Assembly (NCBI GenBank): GCA_004211975.1
Contig: RXIK01000113.1
Span: 1 to 61,295, forward strand
Origin: Methanosarcinales archaeon
GTDB taxonomy: Archaea > Halobacteriota > Methanosarcinia > Methanosarcinales > Methanogasteraceae
DNA length: 61,295 nucleotides
Direction of reading: 5' to 3'
Of the stretch, positions 52,243 to 61,295 are shown in pieces; the first letter of the stretch is position 1, and each line of letters begins with the position of its first letter. The translations under genes were made by a program, and so were the position numbers. Below the pieces are notes generated by a model. That model searched no databases. It was not told the DNA's origin and saw nothing but the letters and a program-made list of their open reading frames with translations.

Positions 52243-52946
52243 TCCTCTTCGTTTTCATTTTCGTATGTTTTTCCAAATCTTGCTTTCTTTTTCGCGTTCA
52301 AGAACGCCTGCACACGATCTGTTAATCCTGGTGTGTGCGCATTTGTTTCGATGTATCTGACAGTTTGAATTGCCAGATCAACACGATCGTCGTTGCCGTG
52401 GATCCATATTCGCCCGTTTTGCCCGACAAACATATTACATCCAATCGCACTTTTGAGTAGCCGGATCATTGAGCCACTGCGCCCGATCACCCGCGGCATC
52501 TTTGTTGGGTTGATGGCGATGACGCGTCCTTCGGAGAGGCGCCTTAGTTCACGGTCCTTGTCTCTGAGTGTGAGTTCAACTTTCATGCCGGCGTCAACGT
52601 CTCGTACCATTGTCAGTATACAGTCGCCAACCTTCAGATAGCTGCTCATTTGTTCGATCTCGATCCGTCGCGGATACTGGGAGATATGCAGCAAACCATC
52701 ATAAGGCGCGTTGATATCTATGATCCAGTTTGAATATGCAACCTCGGTGACAACCCCGATCACGCGATCGCTGGGCTGTGGGATGTACTTACCTGCGAGC
52801 GGGATTACGCTGATGTAGCGGTCCCCTTTGTTCATAAGCCCGTATAATGCGGCACGCACAGCCCCATCAGCGACGTAAGTGCCACTGCCTGACATTTTTA
52901 TGTCATTAGATAAGATATCACCCGGAATAACAATTCTCTTTCCCAT
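52236..52946 (-). CDS. rrp4: Exosome complex RNA-binding protein Rrp4 (S1 plus KH)
   Basis: [12 protein letters not shown].. N-terminal domain, S1 (..[30 protein letters not shown]..), KH (..[17 protein letters not shown]..). Confidence 0.9.
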   Translation of the reverse strand: MGKRIVIPGDILSNDIKMSGSGTYVADGAVRAALYGLMNKGDRYISVIPLAGKYIPQPSDRVIGVVTEVAYSNWIIDINAPYDGLLHISQYPRRIEIEQMSSYLKVGDCILTMVRDVDAGMKVELTLRDKDRELRRLSEGRVIAINPTKMPRVIGRSGSMIRLLKSAIGCNMFVGQNGRIWIHGNDDRVDLAIQTVRYIETNAHTPGLTDRVQAFLNAKKKARFGKTYENENEEEW

Positions 52947-52975
52947 ATTACTACCTTTATCTTTCCTTGCCGTTT

Positions 52976-53671
52976 CTATTTCAGAAGCTTGGTCTCAGCA
53001 CCGCCCTTGGTTACGCGGTTCACAAGACCGAAAAAATCGAGTTGCATGCCTGCTGGAATATTGATAACACCGATCCAGGATCCATCCGACTGCCATTCCT
53101 CCTTTTGCAGTTCACCAAAACCGGTGATCTCGCCGTATGCTTTTGCAGCATAGTCGGCTGGAACATTAACCGCGATATCGACAGTATCGAACCTGATCGG
53201 GATGATTGGGCGGATCGCTTTCATCGTTGTTTTCACCAGTTCGTCAACGCCCTTCATCGGATCAATGTGGATGCCTGCCTCTTCCATTGCCTTCTCTATC
53301 CTTGCAGGTGGATGCGGCGCCTTTGTCTGGGGGTTGAATGCGCCTGCTGCGATGATGCTTACCACCTGTCTCCGCTTATCCTCAACGATTTGTTTACGCT
53401 GCTCTTTTGTGAGATGAAGTTCTCCGTGCTTTACGATGTGCTCGGCGACTTCAAATATGTCTGTGGTTTCAAAGACTTTCTCCAGGTCATCCCTGCTCAG
53501 GTGCTCGCCACGACTCGCGTTTTCAAACACGTCCTCAACTGCAAGCATCTCTGATAGGTCAACCTCTTCTCCTTTGTGAGCGCGTAATGCGAGTTCGGGA
53601 TCGACCAGCACCTCAAAGTGCTTGCCGCCCCGTTTCAGTCGTGCGGTGATCGCGTTATCAAGTGTGACCAT
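52976..53671 (-). CDS. SBDS-family ribosome maturation protein (Sdo1)
   Basis: ..ARLKRGGKHFEVLVDPELALRAHKGEEVDLSEMLAVEDVFENASRGE.. is a typical SBDS N-terminal domain. Conserved position next to psmA. Confidence 0.88.
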   Translation of the reverse strand: MVTLDNAITARLKRGGKHFEVLVDPELALRAHKGEEVDLSEMLAVEDVFENASRGEHLSRDDLEKVFETTDIFEVAEHIVKHGELHLTKEQRKQIVEDKRRQVVSIIAAGAFNPQTKAPHPPARIEKAMEEAGIHIDPMKGVDELVKTTMKAIRPIIPIRFDTVDIAVNVPADYAAKAYGEITGFGELQKEEWQSDGSWIGVINIPAGMQLDFFGLVNRVTKGGAETKLLK

Positions 53672-53673
53672 GA

Positions 53674-54438
53674 CTATTCCTCGGTATCTTCAGTCTCCGG
53701 TTCCTTCTCCTTAAATTCCTTGACAATCTCCTCAACATACTGCGTGAGCACGTCCCTTCCGATTTTGTTGAATGTGCGATCTTCAAGCATCACAGATCCT
53801 GCTTCAATCGTATCAACCGTGAACGTAGCGTCAGAAACCTGATGTAGCACCACCAGTCCAAGACGGATTGCGTCCTCTATACTGATGTCATCGGTGTACT
53901 CTTTCTCAAAAATCTCCATCGCCTTTGCCCTGCCCGCGCCAATTGCAGTTGCCTTATACTCAAGTAAAGCACCGCTCGGGTCGGTCTCAAACAGCCTTGC
54001 CCGGTGATCATCCACCCCTGCAATCAGAAGAGCCGTGCCATAAGGACGCACACCGCCAAACTGTGTATAGGTCTGTTTGTGGTCGCAGATCTTCTTTGCA
54101 AGAGTCTCCACCCCGATTGGCTCGTCATAATATAGTCGGTTGACTTGTGCCTCTACACGCGCACGGTCTACTAACGCACGTGCATCCGCAACCAGTCCCG
54201 ACGTCGCTGCACCAACGTGCTGGTCGATCTGAAAAATCTTCTCGATAGAGTCGGATTCAAGTAAATGGCTTGTGATCCGTTTGTCAACCATTAATACAAC
54301 CCCCTCGGTTGTTTTAACCCCTAACGCGGTTGTACCTCTTTTCACCGCCTCTCTAGCATACTCTACCTGGAAAAGTCTTCCATCCGGACTGAACACGGTT
54401 ATTGCACGATCATACCCCATCTGGGGTGCCATTTGCAT
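53674..54438 (-). CDS. psmA: Proteasome subunit alpha
   Basis: [42 protein letters not shown].. is the canonical alpha-subunit N-terminus. Confidence 0.95.
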   Translation of the reverse strand: MQMAPQMGYDRAITVFSPDGRLFQVEYAREAVKRGTTALGVKTTEGVVLMVDKRITSHLLESDSIEKIFQIDQHVGAATSGLVADARALVDRARVEAQVNRLYYDEPIGVETLAKKICDHKQTYTQFGGVRPYGTALLIAGVDDHRARLFETDPSGALLEYKATAIGAGRAKAMEIFEKEYTDDISIEDAIRLGLVVLHQVSDATFTVDTIEAGSVMLEDRTFNKIGRDVLTQYVEEIVKEFKEKEPETEDTEE

Positions 54439-54602
54439 TACTGATCATCTCCTTTTATTCGCGTTTAACGTATGAGGGATTTGTGCGTAATGTACATAAA
54501 ATGTTCTTTTGATACGGGTGCATTGCAGGATGAATATATGAGCAGTTCTCAGGTATCTTGTTTCCAGCATTTTCCATTGATAAAATAACGGTCTTGAAAC
54601 TT

Positions 54603-57533
54603 TTAGTTTGTGTCCTTGACATAAATCGCAGGTCTGCCCGGTTCTGCGAATTTCCGCCTTCCCTGGGGGTCAAGATCATCTCTGGCAGCATCGGTTGCAT
54701 CGATTGCATCAGCATCCAGCACCGCAACTGCGCACCCGAGTTCCCGCTCAAAGAACTCAAGTGCCTCTGAAAGCACTGCACGCTCATCCAGTCCCTCAAG
54801 ACGGTTGTTAACCTGCGCAGCGTCCCATGTTCGCACATCTTTGATCAACTGCTGCACAAACTTGGGAACATCCCGCGCATGTTTCTTTATTTCGGGGTCC
54901 TGCATTAATTCTTTCATTAAAGCGCCCATATCAAGTTTTCCAGATCGGCTTGCTATAAGAGCCTGCTTCAGCACCGTATTTTTCCAGGCTGGTGCTGTGA
55001 ACAGAGTTATTCGCTCTGGTTTCATTGAAGTCACCCTGATGATCTCCTCGATGTCATCAAGCGTGTTCTCGACCAGTTCTTCTGCCCGTTCGGCACATCG
55101 GTCAACTAAATTTGGGTCTGGAGCAGGATATTCAGAAAGCGAGATAAAACCATCCTCTCCAATCCCTTTCCACAGTTCCTCGCAGATATGCGGCATGAAC
55201 GGAGCCATTAGCCTGATCCAGACGTGCGCAACAGCTTTCAGTGATGAAACACCGCCTCTGCGCTGATACCACTTCAGATCATGCATCAGCAGGTAGAATG
55301 CGTTCTGTAGCGCGTGTCTTGTGCGGAGTACCTCCAGAGCTTCTCGTGTTTCGGAAATTCGGTGTTGAAGCCGGCTCATCATCCATTTATCGATGATTTT
55401 TGGCGGTTCATCAGCCTCCGGATCGCTGATAACGCGGTACACAAGATTGTAGAATTTTTCGACCTGTTTCTGATTGTTGTTCACACTTTCGGACCGCCAG
55501 TCCGCATCCTGGGTGTGTTCGGCGGTGCCAAGAATGTATAATCTTGTGACGTCCGCCCCGTACGTGGTGACTGCATGTTTCAGCGTGAGCAACGGTCCCT
55601 TTGACTTGCTCATCTTCGCGCCTTCAAGAGAGACAAACCCATTAACAGCAATCGCACGAGGAAGCATTTCCTTCGGAAAGATCGCTACATGGTGAAACAG
55701 GAAGAACAGAAGGTGGTTTGGGACCAGATCTTTCCCGGACGACCTGATATCAACCGGATACCAGTATTTTAAGTCCGCACGGATCTGTTTTGCAAGATCT
55801 TCGTTGATTGGTAGGTTGCGGGCATCTCCTTTCCCGAGCAGCACATAATCAAAGAACGCAGGTGTCAGTTGGCTAACATCGATCCTGTCAAGATACTTTG
55901 AGATGATGTAATACGACATATAAATTGTTGAGTCAGCGAGAGACTCAATGAGCCACTCGTTGTCCCAGGGCAACCTTGTCCCGAGTCCTTTTCTGCGGGC
56001 GCACGCCTTGTCCTTAAGCCAATCAATCTTATTCTCAAATTCAACGCGCAGTTCTTCAGGAATAATCTGCATATCTGCAAGATGTGCGTATACCTGGTCT
56101 TTCCACTCCGGATTTGAGTAGTTGACAAACCACTGGTCCTTCACCATCTTCACAACGCACGTTGTCCCGCACCTGCACACAACAGGTAGTTCGCTGAACT
56201 CGTAGAAGATGTCTGCAACACCACGTTCGACCAGATCACTGGTTAAAACATCTTTTATCTTTGAAACAGCGATCCCCGCGTACTTCCCGGTATTTTCCTT
56301 AAGCACCCCGTTATGAAACTCCCTCCTGTACACAAGCTTCGTAGCCTGTTCGGTGAGCGGGTCTGACTGGTTGCTAACGCCAAGTTCATCCACCGCCTCG
56401 ATGGCGGGAAACTCGCCCATGTCAGGGACACTGATCAGCGAGATCATCTTGAGGTCGGATATGTCATCTGAGATCCCGTACTTGCCAAGATTGGCGCCTT
56501 TCAGGTCACGGAGAGCAAGATAGTCATACGGGGCGTGGGCGGGCACGCTCATCACGATCCCGCTACCGTTTGCCGGATCCACGAAGTTCGCGGGAAGAAT
56601 TAGCACGTTATGATTGATAAGGGGGTTCTCAACCGTTTTCCCGATCAGATCTTCGCCCTTGATCTCCCCGATTTTCCTAACCACCTTGTCAGTGTGCGTC
56701 AGCTTCCGATATGCCTCCTCACTGACGATCCACTGCTCACCATTAACCGTGACCTTTGCATGAACGATATCAGGATTAACCCAGAGATTCGTCACCCCAA
56801 AAACAGTTTCAGGACGCAGCGTGGCGCACGGGAGGATCCACTCATCAGATCGCCCCGATCCATCTGACACGTCCGACACGTCCGACACGTCTGATGCAAG
56901 TTTGAACTTAAGAAGCGTGTAATCAAGGATGTTCGCACCTTCCCCATGAAGCAAATCATGATCCTCAACCGGATTTTCGTCATTCGGACACCACCTCACA
57001 GGATGTGAGCCCTTCACGATATGCCCCAGTTCATGCAACTTATTAAACTGCCATTCAACAAACTTAGTATATGCAGGATCGATCGTTGTGAATCTCCGCG
57101 TCCAATCAATCGAATAACCAATCAACCGCATGGCTGCCTCCGACTCCATGCCAAAATACTCAACAAGCGACTCAGGAGAATCAAGCTTTGCGATCACATC
57201 ATCCGGGATACCGTGCAGCTCCGTATAAACACGAAGCGTCTCAGGATCACGCTTTGCAATAAGTTCAGCAAGCCCAATAATCGGCGTGCCTGTCGCATGA
57301 AAAGCCATCGGGAACAAAACATTTAAACCAAGCATCCGCCTATATCTTGCTATAACGTCCCCTATAGTGAAGGTTCTGGTATGCCCCGCATGCAAATTAC
57401 CATTCAAGTAAGGATAAGGGATCGTTATAAAATATTTCTCTTTATCAGATATGTCAGGCTGAAATATGCGACTTTCATCCCATTTTCTCTGCCATTCACT
57501 CTCAATAGTCCGTGGATTGTATCGTGGATTCAT
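54603..57533 (-). CDS. leuS: Leucine--tRNA ligase (archaeal type)
   Basis: HIGH (..PYLNGNLHAGHTRT..) and KMSKS (..GAKMSKSKG..) motifs, plus the CP1 editing domain (..ATLRPETVFGVTNLWVNP..). ATG at 57533 (MNPRYNPRTIESEWQ); the track start at 57542 is TTG. Confidence 0.95.
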   Translation of the reverse strand: MNPRYNPRTIESEWQRKWDESRIFQPDISDKEKYFITIPYPYLNGNLHAGHTRTFTIGDVIARYRRMLGLNVLFPMAFHATGTPIIGLAELIAKRDPETLRVYTELHGIPDDVIAKLDSPESLVEYFGMESEAAMRLIGYSIDWTRRFTTIDPAYTKFVEWQFNKLHELGHIVKGSHPVRWCPNDENPVEDHDLLHGEGANILDYTLLKFKLASDVSDVSDVSDGSGRSDEWILPCATLRPETVFGVTNLWVNPDIVHAKVTVNGEQWIVSEEAYRKLTHTDKVVRKIGEIKGEDLIGKTVENPLINHNVLILPANFVDPANGSGIVMSVPAHAPYDYLALRDLKGANLGKYGISDDISDLKMISLISVPDMGEFPAIEAVDELGVSNQSDPLTEQATKLVYRREFHNGVLKENTGKYAGIAVSKIKDVLTSDLVERGVADIFYEFSELPVVCRCGTTCVVKMVKDQWFVNYSNPEWKDQVYAHLADMQIIPEELRVEFENKIDWLKDKACARRKGLGTRLPWDNEWLIESLADSTIYMSYYIISKYLDRIDVSQLTPAFFDYVLLGKGDARNLPINEDLAKQIRADLKYWYPVDIRSSGKDLVPNHLLFFLFHHVAIFPKEMLPRAIAVNGFVSLEGAKMSKSKGPLLTLKHAVTTYGADVTRLYILGTAEHTQDADWRSESVNNNQKQVEKFYNLVYRVISDPEADEPPKIIDKWMMSRLQHRISETREALEVLRTRHALQNAFYLLMHDLKWYQRRGGVSSLKAVAHVWIRLMAPFMPHICEELWKGIGEDGFISLSEYPAPDPNLVDRCAERAEELVENTLDDIEEIIRVTSMKPERITLFTAPAWKNTVLKQALIASRSGKLDMGALMKELMQDPEIKKHARDVPKFVQQLIKDVRTWDAAQVNNRLEGLDERAVLSEALEFFERELGCAVAVLDADAIDATDAARDDLDPQGRRKFAEPGRPAIYVKDTN
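56866..56892 (-). repeat. 3 x 9-nt in-frame tandem repeat inside leuS
   Basis: gacacgtcc gacacgtcc gacacgtct encodes SDVSDVSDV within ..KLASDVSDVSDVSDGSGRSDEW... Confidence 0.95.
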
Positions 57534-58348
57534 ACCGATCAAGAAAACCTAAAACCCGATCATACATTAAGATTTCTTAAGGAACCGCGGCTGCCACATA
57601 ACACACCCCCACTTTACAGTAATACCCAACAGTTCAACTGCCAACACATTCCCCCCACAGGAACTACCCGGGCTTCAACAGTATGAGGATATAGTCAGCG
57701 AGGTATTCCTGGCAGATTATGCGAGAGGATCTCCGGATCAAACGAACCAACAGCGGAAAGTAGCAGACAGCTGCGCGACGGTGATGCAACAGAACCGGAT
57801 ACCCCTAAAGACCCTGCCCCCAGTAGAACTGGCAGAGGATCGTGTCTGGCGCACTTGAACCATTCACCAACCGTGACATCGCATGCGAACTTCACACAGC
57901 AGAATCAGAGATACGGGGGCTGTCATGCCCTCTGATGTTAATCGATGTCTTTGAAGCTGTTGGTTCAAGCCGCGTGTCGGTCGCTTCGGGGTTCTGACAT
58001 CCGGAAAAATCCGAGGGTAAGCCCCAATAGCCAGCAAGAGCTGGAGATTTCACTCATGAGAAGTTTTTGCACATGACAGGTTCGCTACCTACCTGGGTGC
58101 GTGCGAGACGCCGGCGCAGCCAAACCGAATGAAAGCGCAACCCCCCCCCGGGCGCGGTGCATAAGTGCAGGGTTTTGAGTGACTCCAGAGACTATGCCAT
58201 AACACACGCAGAGGTCGTTTGAATGCGCGGGCAGCGTACTTTTGAGGTGCGTTGACACCAGAGGATAGGGTTAAAAGGTCCAAGATGCTGCTAATGTAGT
58301 GAACAACACATTTATAAAATATAGATGAATAAAAAGTAGTGGTCAAGA

Positions 58349-58708
58349 ATGAATGTGATTGAACTATTAACACGGTTTTTGGTTGGCGGGACTCTAATCG
58401 TATTAGTTTCTTTACTTTCTAAAACGAAATATTCGGTGATCTCAGGGCTTTTTGCGCTTTTCCCCATCGTAACTTTAGTAGGATATTTCTTCATCGGGCA
58501 ATCCGTGGATTCATCCAAATTACATGAAATCACCCTATTTAGCATGTATTCTCTTCCTACAACTTTTATATTCCTATTTACATTCTACACAGTACAAGCG
58601 AAGTATACACTTATAGAGTCGCTCTTTCTATCGGTTATGGCATGGTTTTTAGCTGCCGGGATGCTGGTTATTATCAACCATTATGTACTGCGAATCGGAG
58701 ATAGTTAA
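58349..58708 (+). CDS. Small 4-TM membrane protein (DUF3147/GlpM-like)
   Basis: MNVIELLTRFLVGGTLIVLVSLLSK...GLFALFPIVTLVGYFFIG.. fits my memory of this family. Confidence 0.55.
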   Translation: MNVIELLTRFLVGGTLIVLVSLLSKTKYSVISGLFALFPIVTLVGYFFIGQSVDSSKLHEITLFSMYSLPTTFIFLFTFYTVQAKYTLIESLFLSVMAWFLAAGMLVIINHYVLRIGDS

Positions 58709-58729
58709 TGTCTCAAAAGGAGGTTTAAG

Positions 58730-59695
58730 ATGATTGAAAGATGTTTTAAAACAGGAAGACCATGTGCATTTGAACCAGAGGAATCGCCCGATCAAGTTTT
58801 TGTCGGCATACCTTACAAAAACCCATTCAAAGATTTATTTGAATATGGCGTGCGACCCGCATTAGAAGAACTTGGGCTCAGCCCATGGATAGCTTATGAA
58901 CACCCCAGCAGTCGCGATATATTTTGTAAACTATGCGAAGGACTGCAGAGTTCTTCTGCCGCTATTATCGATATCTCAGAACCCAACCCAAACGTCCACT
59001 TTGAACTTGGCATATTAGCAGGAACATCAAAACCGACCATATTGATCAAACAAAAAGGAGCAGATGTTTCAACAGACCTCAAAGGTATGGAAAATTTAGA
59101 ATATGATGGTGCGGAAGAACTATGCGAACTTCTGAAAAAACACCTCACACAGGCTACAACCAAAGCAAGAACCTATCCAAAAGTTGCCGGATATGCAACC
59201 TATAGGGAATTCTACCGAGATTGTTCGCTTGCCCTTGATCAATCGTCAAAAAAGGTCGATCTCACACACATCCGCGATGAGCCACCACAAGACTTTGAGG
59301 GCGTTTCAGACTGGTTTGGAGAAGTTATAAAATGGTGTGATGAACACCCATACGGGAAAGTTCGGAGGTTGATCGCCGTTTCCAACGACAGGATGCTTGC
59401 CTGGGCACAAGAACTTGCAGAATATGTAAAAAACCGCCCAAATTACAATTTCGAAGTGAGAGTCTGTCAGTGGACTGCAAATTTCCCGGCTATCAACATG
59501 GTGATATTTGACCGGCGACGAGTTTTTATTGCTCTAACCGGGTTTGGTGCAACGGAAACTGCCGGCTTTCAAGTATCCGACCGCCTGATCGCCGACTACT
59601 TTGTAGATTACTACAATAACATCTGGGGAAAGTCAGACGATCTGAATAATTTTCTTGACAGAGTCGCAAAAGGGGAGATTTGTATTGATGAATAA
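58730..59695 (+). CDS. Two-domain cytoplasmic protein with a TIR-like/nucleoside 2-deoxyribosyltransferase-like N-domain
   Basis: AGGAGG RBS. QVFVGIPYKNPFKDLFEYGVRPALEELG...AAIIDISEPNPNVHFELGILAGTSKPTILI resembles the vFv..pf...NpNV.yElG.A...gKp.i motif. C-terminal domain not recognised. Confidence 0.5.
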   Translation: MIERCFKTGRPCAFEPEESPDQVFVGIPYKNPFKDLFEYGVRPALEELGLSPWIAYEHPSSRDIFCKLCEGLQSSSAAIIDISEPNPNVHFELGILAGTSKPTILIKQKGADVSTDLKGMENLEYDGAEELCELLKKHLTQATTKARTYPKVAGYATYREFYRDCSLALDQSSKKVDLTHIRDEPPQDFEGVSDWFGEVIKWCDEHPYGKVRRLIAVSNDRMLAWAQELAEYVKNRPNYNFEVRVCQWTANFPAINMVIFDRRRVFIALTGFGATETAGFQVSDRLIADYFVDYYNNIWGKSDDLNNFLDRVAKGEICIDE

Positions 59696-60132
59696 ACCTG
59701 ATATTTCTGCATACTAACCTGGCTTTGTTACATTACCAACACCCCAGTTCATATATTTCACTTTAGCCACATCCTACACCCAACAACGACGTTTAAGGTC
59801 GCATCGCATCCATAATCAATCACTCACGGAAGAATGTTTGAACTTCACAATTTTTCTATTCACGGATGCTGAAATGAGACGGTAGAGGAGAATTATGAGG
59901 AGTGTCGATCCAGAGACTGCACCGTTTGATCTCGTATACGAAGATCAAAAGAGCCCCCGCGTTGTCCGGTCACTTGCATCTGTGAGACCAACGCCAGCGA
60001 ACCGCGGCTTCCGGTTGTGTGCAACAGTTTCTTACGTGCTCCTGTCGCATGGGCGTGCCCCCGAAGTGAATCGGAGACGCGAGGTCGCTGGTCTCGATTG
60101 CATTCTGCTCTGGGCGGTTGCAATCGTCCCGC

Positions 60133-61295
60133 TCATGCGCCCATCAGCCGCAGAAAATGCACCCTGCCCGACGCGTCACCTGCGACGATGGTTTTGCCGT
60201 CTGGTGATATGGCGCAGGCGAAGAAGTGGGCGTCCCCGCTGAACGAAACGAGAATCTTCCCACTCTCGATATCCCAAACCTTCAGGGTGTTGTCCCCTGA
60301 TCCTGAGATTGCGTGTCTTCCATCTGGCGTAACCGCAACCACATAGACCAAGCTGGTGTGACCGGTGAGGGTCTGTATCTCTTCTCCACTCTCAATATCC
60401 CAGACCTTCAGGGTGTTGTCCCCTGATCCTGAGATTGCGTGTCTTCCATCCGGCGTAACCGCACGGACCCAGCTGGTGTGACCAGTGAGTGTCTGTATTT
60501 CTTCTCCACTCTCAATATCCCAGACCTTCAGGGTGTTGTCCCCTGATCCCGAGATTGCGTGTTTTCCATCTGGCGTAACCGCAACCGCACGGACCCAGCT
60601 GGTGTGACCGGTGAGTGTCTGTATTTCTTCTCCACTCTCAATATCCCAAACCTTCAGAGTGTTATCATCAGATCCTGAGATTGCGTGTTTTCCATCTGGC
60701 GTAACCGCAACCGCATAGACCGAGCTGGTGTGACCGGTGAGTGTCTGTATTTCTTCTCCACTCTCAATATCCCAGACCTTCAGGGTGTTGTCCCATGATC
60801 CTGAGATTGCGTGTCTTCCATCTGGCGTAACCGCAACCGCATCGACCCAGCTGGTGTGACCTTCCAGTATGCGTATCAATGGTCCGGGCGGTATCAGACT
60901 GGCTGCATGCGGGCAGAGCCACAGATCACCGTCCCATTCACGAGCCTGTTGTAACATTGATTGAATCCCGGATTCCTGAAAGGTTTGCAAGCGACCCACA
61001 AGTTGTCCGGCAAGCTGTGTCTTATCCCGGGCTAACACATGCGCAGACAGCCGGATTGCGCCCTGCACAAGGCGCAGATCAGAGTCACCCGGCAGATGAT
61101 CATAATCCGCAATCAGGGAGTTGACGTCGGTTGCCGCAAGCTTCGCCTGCAGCCAGTCGAAATCAAGTAGAAGCCGCCACAACTCATCTCCTCGTCCTGC
61201 CTCAACCAGATGATATGCCAGATGAGTCCAGAGATATGACTCGCTCTCAGGCAAATCGATCCATCTTCCGAGCCCATAAGAATCGAGAAACTGCT
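60133..61295 (-). CDS. C-terminal part of a STAND (NB-ARC/AP-ATPase-type) NTPase with a WD40 beta-propeller; 5' end lies outside the window
   Basis: The frame stays open to the window edge (..QFLDSYGLGRWIDLPESESYLW..; the track start is only a TTG). Helical ..LAYHLVEAGRGDELWRLLLDFDWLQAKL.. linker is typical of NB-ARC-WD40 proteins. Six WD40 repeats (GHTSWV.AVAVTPDG.HAISGS.DNTLKVWDIESGEEIQTLT). Confidence 0.85.
   Translation of the reverse strand, partial: QFLDSYGLGRWIDLPESESYLWTHLAYHLVEAGRGDELWRLLLDFDWLQAKLAATDVNSLIADYDHLPGDSDLRLVQGAIRLSAHVLARDKTQLAGQLVGRLQTFQESGIQSMLQQAREWDGDLWLCPHAASLIPPGPLIRILEGHTSWVDAVAVTPDGRHAISGSWDNTLKVWDIESGEEIQTLTGHTSSVYAVAVTPDGKHAISGSDDNTLKVWDIESGEEIQTLTGHTSWVRAVAVTPDGKHAISGSGDNTLKVWDIESGEEIQTLTGHTSWVRAVTPDGRHAISGSGDNTLKVWDIESGEEIQTLTGHTSLVYVVAVTPDGRHAISGSGDNTLKVWDIESGKILVSFSGDAHFFACAISPDGKTIVAGDASGRVHFLRLMGA
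60250..60867 (-). repeat. Five tandem ~126-nt WD40 repeat units with very high nucleotide identity (one unit is 120 nt)
   Basis: Repeated ccagaccttcagggtgttgtcccctgatcctgagattgcgtg..ccatc.ggcgtaaccgcaacc blocks. The unit at about 60381-60500 lacks 6 nt (AV missing in ..WVRAVTPDG..). Confidence 0.9.

Noticed and set aside
57690-58300. Possible RNase P RNA or SRP RNA, suggested by ACAGAACCGG, AGCAAG, CAUAAG and GAAUG strings.
   Set aside because: There is no GAGGAAAGUCC-type CR-I and no GGAA/AGCA SRP helix-8 motif. The order of the motifs does not fit the P4 pairing scheme on either strand. I kept it only as an unassigned spacer.
59696-60132. ORFs 59893..60123 (-), 59895..60242 (+) and 60017..60346 (+) between the TIR-like gene and the WD40 gene.
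   Set aside because: They are mutually overlapping, Arg-rich, without motifs or an RBS, and partly antisense to the WD40 gene. They are most likely non-coding 3' spacer.
8067-60867. Tandem repeats that might be mistaken for CRISPR arrays: 8067-8141, 14103-14330, 34967-36553, 45967-46337, 56866-56892 and 60250-60867.
   Set aside because: All are in-frame protein-coding repeats without unique spacers of regular length. No CRISPR repeat-spacer architecture or cas genes are present.

Overview
Archaeal chromosomal window. The gene content is an exosome/proteasome superoperon, RpoP, eL43, Pcc1 and PGF-CTERM sorting signals. A Methanosarcinales/ANME-like origin is my inference only. All domain calls were made by eye from the translations; no searches were run.

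Zone 1 (nt 1-3100): the 3' end of a group II intron, a (GT)11 microsatellite, a PGF-CTERM cohesin protein, and an AAA ATPase pseudogene split by a 316-bp MITE-like insertion.

Zone 2 (nt 3146-47753): a 44.6-kb uninterrupted minus-strand array of 25 genes, every product carrying a signal peptide or membrane anchor.
- A MotA/ExbB plus ExbD-like (DUF2149-type) pair, translationally coupled to a 2236-aa anchored surface giant.
- Ten consecutive cohesin/dockerin genes (12 cohesins, 8 dockerins, several specificity classes, three membrane anchors) with no recognisable hydrolase.
- A tightly overlapped 4-gene operon of Ig-like fibre/adhesin-type proteins with a PGF-CTERM partner.
- Duplicated beta-propeller plus beta-helix/CARDB/propeller cassettes with a visible duplication scar.
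- A C39-like pseudo-peptidase.
- Several recurrent modules I cannot name.
I regard this array as the candidate undescribed system: an enzyme-free, cellulosome-style extracellular assembly linked to a proton-motive stator, possibly with a corrinoid-binding component.

Zone 3 (nt 48983-61295): a TumE-like toxin-antitoxin pair and a gene fragment at the island border. Then pcc1-rpoP-rpl37ae-rrp42-rrp41-rrp4-SBDS-psmA, leuS, an 800-nt non-coding spacer, a small membrane protein, a TIR-like protein, and the WD40 end of a STAND NTPase with near-identical repeats.

No rRNA, tRNA or CRISPR array was found.
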